A stretch of 32,000 nt of DNA. It comes from Candidatus Saccharimonadota bacterium. GTDB taxonomy: Bacteria; Patescibacteriota; Microgenomatia; UBA1406; GWC2-37-13. Positions within the stretch are counted from its first letter, which is position 1, and each line of letters begins with the position of its first letter. Made by a program: the position numbers and the translations under genes. The DNA lies in NCBI GenBank assembly GCA_016699265.1, contig CP064967.1, positions 390,001-422,000 of the forward strand, read 5' to 3'. Below, piece after piece: positions 28,332-32,000 of this stretch. The notes under the pieces are model-generated. The model saw nothing but the letters and a program-made list of their open reading frames with translations, was not told the DNA's origin and did no database searches.

Positions 28332-28473
28332 GCTTATATCTAAAGATAAAGCTGTTTTGTAAACAGTCCCGACCTCAGTCGGGGTTCTGCAGAAGGGCTC
28401 CAGCTTATATCTAAAGATAAAGCTGTTTTGTAAACAGTCCCGACCTCAGTCGGGGTTCTGCAGAAGGGCTCCA
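28332..28473 (+). repeat. Two identical tandem 71-bp units derived from the 3' two thirds of tRNA-Thr
   Basis: The unit is GCTTATATCTAAAGATAAA + GCTGTTTTGTAAACAGT + CCCGACCTCAGTCGGGG + TTCTGCAGAAGGGCTCCA. The second block is identical to the tRNA anticodon arm. The third is a new hairpin replacing the T-arm 5' half. The fourth is identical to the tRNA 3' end including CCA. The copies lie at 28332-28402 and 28403-28473. Confidence 0.95.
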
Positions 28474-28476
28474 GAC

Positions 28477-28917
28477 TTAGAAAGTGTTCGTCCTATTAGC
28501 GATAACAAGACCTTCGACTCGAATAATACTATCTTCGTAAGGACTTAAACTGCAAACGCCTCCTCCCTCCATCCTTAATACACCCTCAGGGTGCCTTATA
28601 TCCTTATTGAGAGTTATAGTACCGCCGATTCGTACGGAAATCAAAGAATCGATATCGGGCTGTTTCCTCATATACTCAATGAGTATAGGAGTAGCACAGA
28701 AATTTGGATCAATAGCTTTTAGAGATGCTGAGGCGCCATAAGGAATTGATAAAACGCCACCAGAAAAAACTGGTAATCTGTGAGAACCTTCTATGGCATG
28801 AGTTAGGACAAATATAGTAAATGGATTGGTAGTAAATTGAAGAAGTGATCTTCCCAATTTTTTACCAGATTCTGGTTGATTTGTTAATCTACTGCGGCTC
28901 TCAATGTTTCCCGACAT
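28477..28917 (-). CDS. Hypothetical protein
   Basis: This is a 146-aa ORF with no recognised motif. TATAAT (28928-28923) sits 5 nt upstream of its ATG. Confidence 0.5.
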   Translation of the reverse strand: MSGNIESRSRLTNQPESGKKLGRSLLQFTTNPFTIFVLTHAIEGSHRLPVFSGGVLSIPYGASASLKAIDPNFCATPILIEYMRKQPDIDSLISVRIGGTITLNKDIRHPEGVLRMEGGGVCSLSPYEDSIIRVEGLVIANRTNTF

Positions 28918-28922
28918 AACTA

Positions 28923-28928
28923 ATTATA
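28923..28928 (-). promoter_or_regulatory. TATAAT box 5 nt upstream of the ATG at 28917
   Basis: The minus strand reads AGTATAAT-TAGTT-ATG. Confidence 0.4.
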
Positions 28929-28959
28929 CTACAGGATATATAATATAAATATTTAAATT

Positions 28960-28968
28960 TGGTATAAT
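28960..28968 (+). promoter_or_regulatory. Extended -10 promoter TGGTATAAT facing the tRNA-Arg/tRNA-Leu pair
   Basis: TGnTATAAT lies at 28960-28968, ~60 nt upstream of tRNA-Arg. There is no good -35. Confidence 0.4.
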
Positions 28969-29027
28969 TCTTTATATCTTGTATTCCTACCTGTTGTCAG
29001 GAAGGACAAAGGTTTTTTTTGAATATA

Positions 29028-29099
29028 GACCCTGTAGTTCAACGGATAGAATAAGTCCCTTCTAAGGATTAGATCCGCGTTCGATTCGCGGTGGGGTCA
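29028..29099 (+). tRNA. tRNA-Arg(UCU)
   Basis: The structure is GACCCTG TA GTTC AACGGATA GAAT A AGTCC CTTCTAA GGATT AGAT CCGCG TTCGATT CGCGG TGGGGTC A. Confidence 0.88.
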
Positions 29100-29128
29100 C
29101 TCTTCTTGAATGTTATAATTGATAAATT

Positions 29129-29210
29129 GGGCAAGTGGTGAAACTGGTATACACGCAGTCTTGAGGAGGCTGTGCCGAAAGGCGTGGAGGTTCAAGTCCT
29201 CTCTTGCCCA
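29129..29210 (+). tRNA. tRNA-Leu(GAG), class II
   Basis: The acceptor pairs GGGCAAG with CTTGCCC. The anticodon arm is CAGTC-TTGAGGA-GGCTG. The variable arm contains GCCGAAAGGC, and the T arm is GGAGG-TTCAAGT-CCTCT. Confidence 0.88.
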
Positions 29211-29219
29211 CCCGATGCG

Positions 29220-29277
29220 TCCCGATTGTCATCGGGGTGCCCGAAAGGGCGTGGAGGTTCAAGTCCTCTTCCCGACA
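29220..29277 (+). other. tRNA-Leu 3'-half-like element (hairpin, variable arm, identical T arm, new acceptor 3' strand)
   Basis: The sequence is TCCCGATTGTCATCGGGG TGCCCGAAAGGGCG TGGAGGTTCAAGTCCTCT TCCCGAC A. The T arm is identical to the adjacent tRNA-Leu(GAG), and the variable stem is 1 bp longer. No 5' acceptor strand or D arm is present. Confidence 0.8.
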
Positions 29278-29282
29278 CTACT

Positions 29283-30650
29283 CTACTTTCTTGTTACTGT
29301 GTAGCTGTAAGGATAGTATAAAAATGCTGCTGGTAGCTCATCGACTAGTATTTTTTGAAAGTCGAGATATTCCTTCTTACGGTTTGCAGGCTCAATATAT
29401 TTTCTTCCATCCTCAAGTAATTTATCAATTCGAACATTTTTAATATTTACTATGTTGCCTCTGCCAGCTTGGGTTGAGTGCCAAAAAAAATACTGATCGG
29501 GGTCTGTTGGGATTTTCCAAAATGCCAAAAACATATCGAAATCATTCTGATTATCCGGTGTTCCATAGACTATGCTCGCGTTCAAACCTGCATCTTTCAG
29601 TGCATTCTCGATAATATTAGCTTGATCTTCATAGTCAAAGTATGATCGGATCGTAAGTTCAGCCGATACCGATGCAGTTGCAGGCTTGAGTTGCTTTCTT
29701 GCTTCTACCGGATCGTACAAACTTTTCTTTAACTGCGTGTTGTATGCCCAAGACGTGGGTGATATTGGTCCTTCTGCAAGTTCGCCGAATGCAGAAAGTG
29801 TTGGTCTGGGAATCGCTAATGAGATGCTTTTTCGAAAGTCTTTATCGGCAAGTGACTGTCTTGATTCATTAAAGAATAAGGTCAGTACGGTAGAGTAGTC
29901 AATCTCGCGTTCCACTTTCGTATTTTTCCAGCTCTTAAAGCCGTCGGCAACGCTTTTTCGATAGATCTTCATCTCAGTAATATTTCCGAGTTTGTAGGCA
30001 TTGATCATCTTTGTTTCGCTGTCGTAGAATCTATAGGTTAGAGGTTTTAGATCTTTTTTATTTGGTGTTAAAACTAATTCAATTACATTATTTTCCTGTC
30101 CTAGCTTCATTTTTTTAACTTTATAGTTTCCTACTACGCCATGCAGAGGATAGCGGATTAAAGGCTTTGTTAAATATGTGGGGAAAATAGTCAATGGCCT
30201 CTTAAGATTAAATTCAATTTGAAAATCGTCAATTTTTTTAACCTCAACATCCTGAAAATTAAACTCAAGATCTTCTGCAGTTAAAGATTTATTATCATCC
30301 CAAATTAGATTTTTTTTAAGATATATATTGAATTTTTTGCCATCTGCACTTCCTTCCCATCGCTGTGCGACTGCAGGCTTCACAACTCCCTGGTTATCTA
30401 TATAAACAAGACCATAAGAAATATTGTTCAGAATCTCAGAAGGTAATGAGAGTGGTTCGTAAGATCCAACCATTCCAACGACCCTTGTATCGGTGAGAAA
30501 TAATGCGTCAAGCTGGGATGAAAAAGAGAGCAAGCTCAAAATGAACAATAAGCTTAAAAAAAAACTCAAGAAAATCATCTTGTTATGTTTTTTTCCAAAC
30601 TCACGTATTAACCAGTAATAGTATCGGAAGGTGTTTCCTTGCTGGGTCAT
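29283..30650 (-). CDS. ABC transporter substrate-binding protein, family 5 (peptide/nickel type)
   Basis: The 455-aa ORF has an N-terminal TM/signal anchor. SBP_bac_5-like strings are present (VKPAVAQRWEGSADGKKFNIYLKKNLIWDD..LTAEDLEFNF). Confidence 0.8.
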   Translation of the reverse strand: MTQQGNTFRYYYWLIREFGKKHNKMIFLSFFLSLLFILSLLSFSSQLDALFLTDTRVVGMVGSYEPLSLPSEILNNISYGLVYIDNQGVVKPAVAQRWEGSADGKKFNIYLKKNLIWDDNKSLTAEDLEFNFQDVEVKKIDDFQIEFNLKRPLTIFPTYLTKPLIRYPLHGVVGNYKVKKMKLGQENNVIELVLTPNKKDLKPLTYRFYDSETKMINAYKLGNITEMKIYRKSVADGFKSWKNTKVEREIDYSTVLTLFFNESRQSLADKDFRKSISLAIPRPTLSAFGELAEGPISPTSWAYNTQLKKSLYDPVEARKQLKPATASVSAELTIRSYFDYEDQANIIENALKDAGLNASIVYGTPDNQNDFDMFLAFWKIPTDPDQYFFWHSTQAGRGNIVNIKNVRIDKLLEDGRKYIEPANRKKEYLDFQKILVDELPAAFLYYPYSYTVTRK

Positions 30651-30659
30651 TCTAGATTG

Positions 30660-30881
30660 TTAAGTTCGTAAGAATAGATTGATTGCTGAGACTAAAAATA
30701 ACACAACGATTAGTATTATCGTAAGACGAAGAGTTATTTTGTCTATTCCTCTTCGAGTATGAAATGTCTCACCACCACCACCCCAAGCACCTCCAAGTCC
30801 TCCGCCACGACCTTGGACAAGAATAAGTACTGTAATAGTTATTGATAGAACTATGTTAATAAGAAGGAGTACGTTTCTCAT
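30660..30881 (-). CDS. secG: Preprotein translocase subunit SecG
   Basis: The 73-aa ORF has two TM helices flanking the Gly-rich loop LVQGRGGGLGGAWGGGGETF. Confidence 0.85.
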   Translation of the reverse strand: MRNVLLLINIVLSITITVLILVQGRGGGLGGAWGGGGETFHTRRGIDKITLRLTIILIVVLFLVSAINLFLRT

Positions 30882-30887
30882 ATTGTT

Positions 30888-30896
30888 ATTATATCA
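30888..30896 (-). promoter_or_regulatory. Extended -10 TGATATAAT, 6 nt upstream of the secG ATG
   Basis: The minus strand reads TTTGATATAAT-AACAAT-ATG(30881). Confidence 0.45.
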
Positions 30897-30942
30897 AATT
30901 AACCATATATTACGGGTTTAGCGTGTGTAACGCGTAATCGTT

Positions 30943-32000
30943 TTAATTAACTTGATCGTCCGGTCTATTTGAAGACTCGGGAGTAATAAAAGCTTTATTC
31001 CTTAAGACCGTGTGGTATTTTTTTGCAAATCTATGAGCCTCGTCTCGCATCTGTTGAAGTAAATTTAGCGCTAGATTATTAAGTTTGAGACGCACCGTTG
31101 GAAGATCCTTTATTCCGATTATGAGACGATCTGGATTCTTTGCAATACCGATGATTGGGATCTCTTTAAGCGTTGAGCTTAGAGCCTGTAACCTGAGCAT
31201 TGTTCTGATCTGTGGTTTGCCGCCGTCGATAACCATAAGATTGGGTAGTGGCCACTTATTTTTGAGACGACGTTCAACCGCCTCCTTTAGCATTTCAAAA
31301 TCTCCCTTAGGATTTGATTTTCCAATCTTAAATTTTCTATACTCAGATTTGTTCATCTGTCCGTCGGTAAATACCACCATAGATGCTGTTGAGTTTTGTT
31401 GACTTAAATTACTGACATCATAGCATTCTATTCGCTCCAAGCTGATTAGTTTAGGAAAGTACTGAGAAAGAATATCTTTCAATCCTGATATCATTATTTC
31501 AGAACGATTAAAGGAGTGATTTTCATGGGTTTCAAATAGTCTGTGGGAATAGATATGCTTGAGATGATTAAGAACGTTTCGGTGCTTCATGGCCAGCTCA
31601 TAGTTTTGAGTCTTAGTTTCTTCTTTTATTAATTTAGAGATTTGATTCTCAAGAACGTCCGAGTTACCTGAGAGTACTTTAACTACATTTCGTATGTTCT
31701 TACGGTACCTTCGTTTTTCTTCAGTCGATTTGATTATGTTTGGGCATGGATTACAAAGTCCAATTTTCGAATGGAAGCATGCATGTTTCGAGATTTTCTT
31801 CTGAGTACAGAAAGGGAAGACCTTTCTCAGAGAGCTCAAGATTGTATCGACCACATCTTGAGAAGCGAAGGGTCCAAAATATAATGCTTTTCTATCGCGT
31901 TCTTGCCTGACTGCAAATATCTTTGGATACTCCTCTTTTATCGTTATCTTAATATAAAGATAACTCTTATCATCCATCCACCGTACGTTATATTTTGGCC
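30943..32000 (-). CDS. uvrC: Excinuclease ABC subunit C; 5' end outside the window
   Basis: The frame is open to the window edge (..PKYNVRWMDDKSYLYIKITIKEEYPKIF..). The UvrC central and endonuclease regions are present (IECYDVSNLSQ.., MRDEAHRFA). Confidence 0.9.
   Translation of the reverse strand, partial: PKYNVRWMDDKSYLYIKITIKEEYPKIFAVRQERDRKALYFGPFASQDVVDTILSSLRKVFPFCTQKKISKHACFHSKIGLCNPCPNIIKSTEEKRRYRKNIRNVVKVLSGNSDVLENQISKLIKEETKTQNYELAMKHRNVLNHLKHIYSHRLFETHENHSFNRSEIMISGLKDILSQYFPKLISLERIECYDVSNLSQQNSTASMVVFTDGQMNKSEYRKFKIGKSNPKGDFEMLKEAVERRLKNKWPLPNLMVIDGGKPQIRTMLRLQALSSTLKEIPIIGIAKNPDRLIIGIKDLPTVRLKLNNLALNLLQQMRDEAHRFAKKYHTVLRNKAFITPESSNRPDDQVN

Noticed and set aside
28332-28473. I considered whether the tandem 71-bp repeats are a CRISPR array.
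   Set aside because: There are only two contiguous identical units with no unique spacers between them. The units are clearly tRNA-Thr-derived, and no cas genes are in the window.
28986-29020. I considered whether the hairpin CCTACCTG-TTGT-CAGGAAGG followed by T8 is an intrinsic terminator.
   Set aside because: The T-run is separated from the stem by 7 nt, and the stem has an internal mismatch. No plus-strand gene lies upstream. It sits between a putative promoter and tRNA-Arg, so its function is unclear.
28094-29277. I considered whether an integrated mobile element or genomic island sits at the tRNA cluster.
   Set aside because: No integrase, transposase or phage-like ORF lies anywhere in the window. 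The partial tRNA copies are only 0-9 nt from their parent genes rather than kilobases away.

Overview
AT-rich bacterial chromosomal segment. Small housekeeping genes, an unlinked intron-bearing 23S rRNA and many degraded genes suggest a reduced-genome lineage such as CPR/Patescibacteria; that placement is inference only. 1-7323 (minus strand) is a cell-envelope cluster. It holds a flippase-GT4 fusion, a processive GT2, a degraded GT2, a sortase, an LAxTG-type substrate and a large membrane protein. 7381-16593 holds a degraded desaturase-like gene, an alternative sigma factor, PMM/PGM, holA, a PfkB kinase, a degraded EamA transporter, gpmI, ruvC and a membrane protein. 16717-20303 (minus) is tRNA-Ala(UGC) plus a 23S rRNA interrupted by a 352-nt ORF-less group I intron, with no 16S or 5S nearby. 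20512-22495 looks G+C-richer by eye and encodes two atypical CDP-alcohol phosphatidyltransferase-like proteins flanking a YqeG/GEP4-type HAD phosphatase. 22565-28002 holds ppsA (3' third degraded), eno, a shredded ruvA and an intact ruvB. 28094-29277 is a tRNA cluster (Leu-UAA, Thr-UGU, Arg-UCU, Leu-GAG) with tRNA-derived partial copies. 29283-32000 holds a family-5 solute-binding protein, secG and partial uvrC. The least explained signals are non-coding. First, dyad-symmetric arrays of 7-nt-periodic units fill intergenic DNA up to start codons and tRNA 5' ends. Second, two exact 71-bp tandem tRNA-Thr-derived units and a tRNA-Leu 3'-half-like element follow their parent tRNAs. Third, -10 boxes sit 5-8 nt from start codons, suggesting leaderless expression. 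Indel damage is confined to particular genes.
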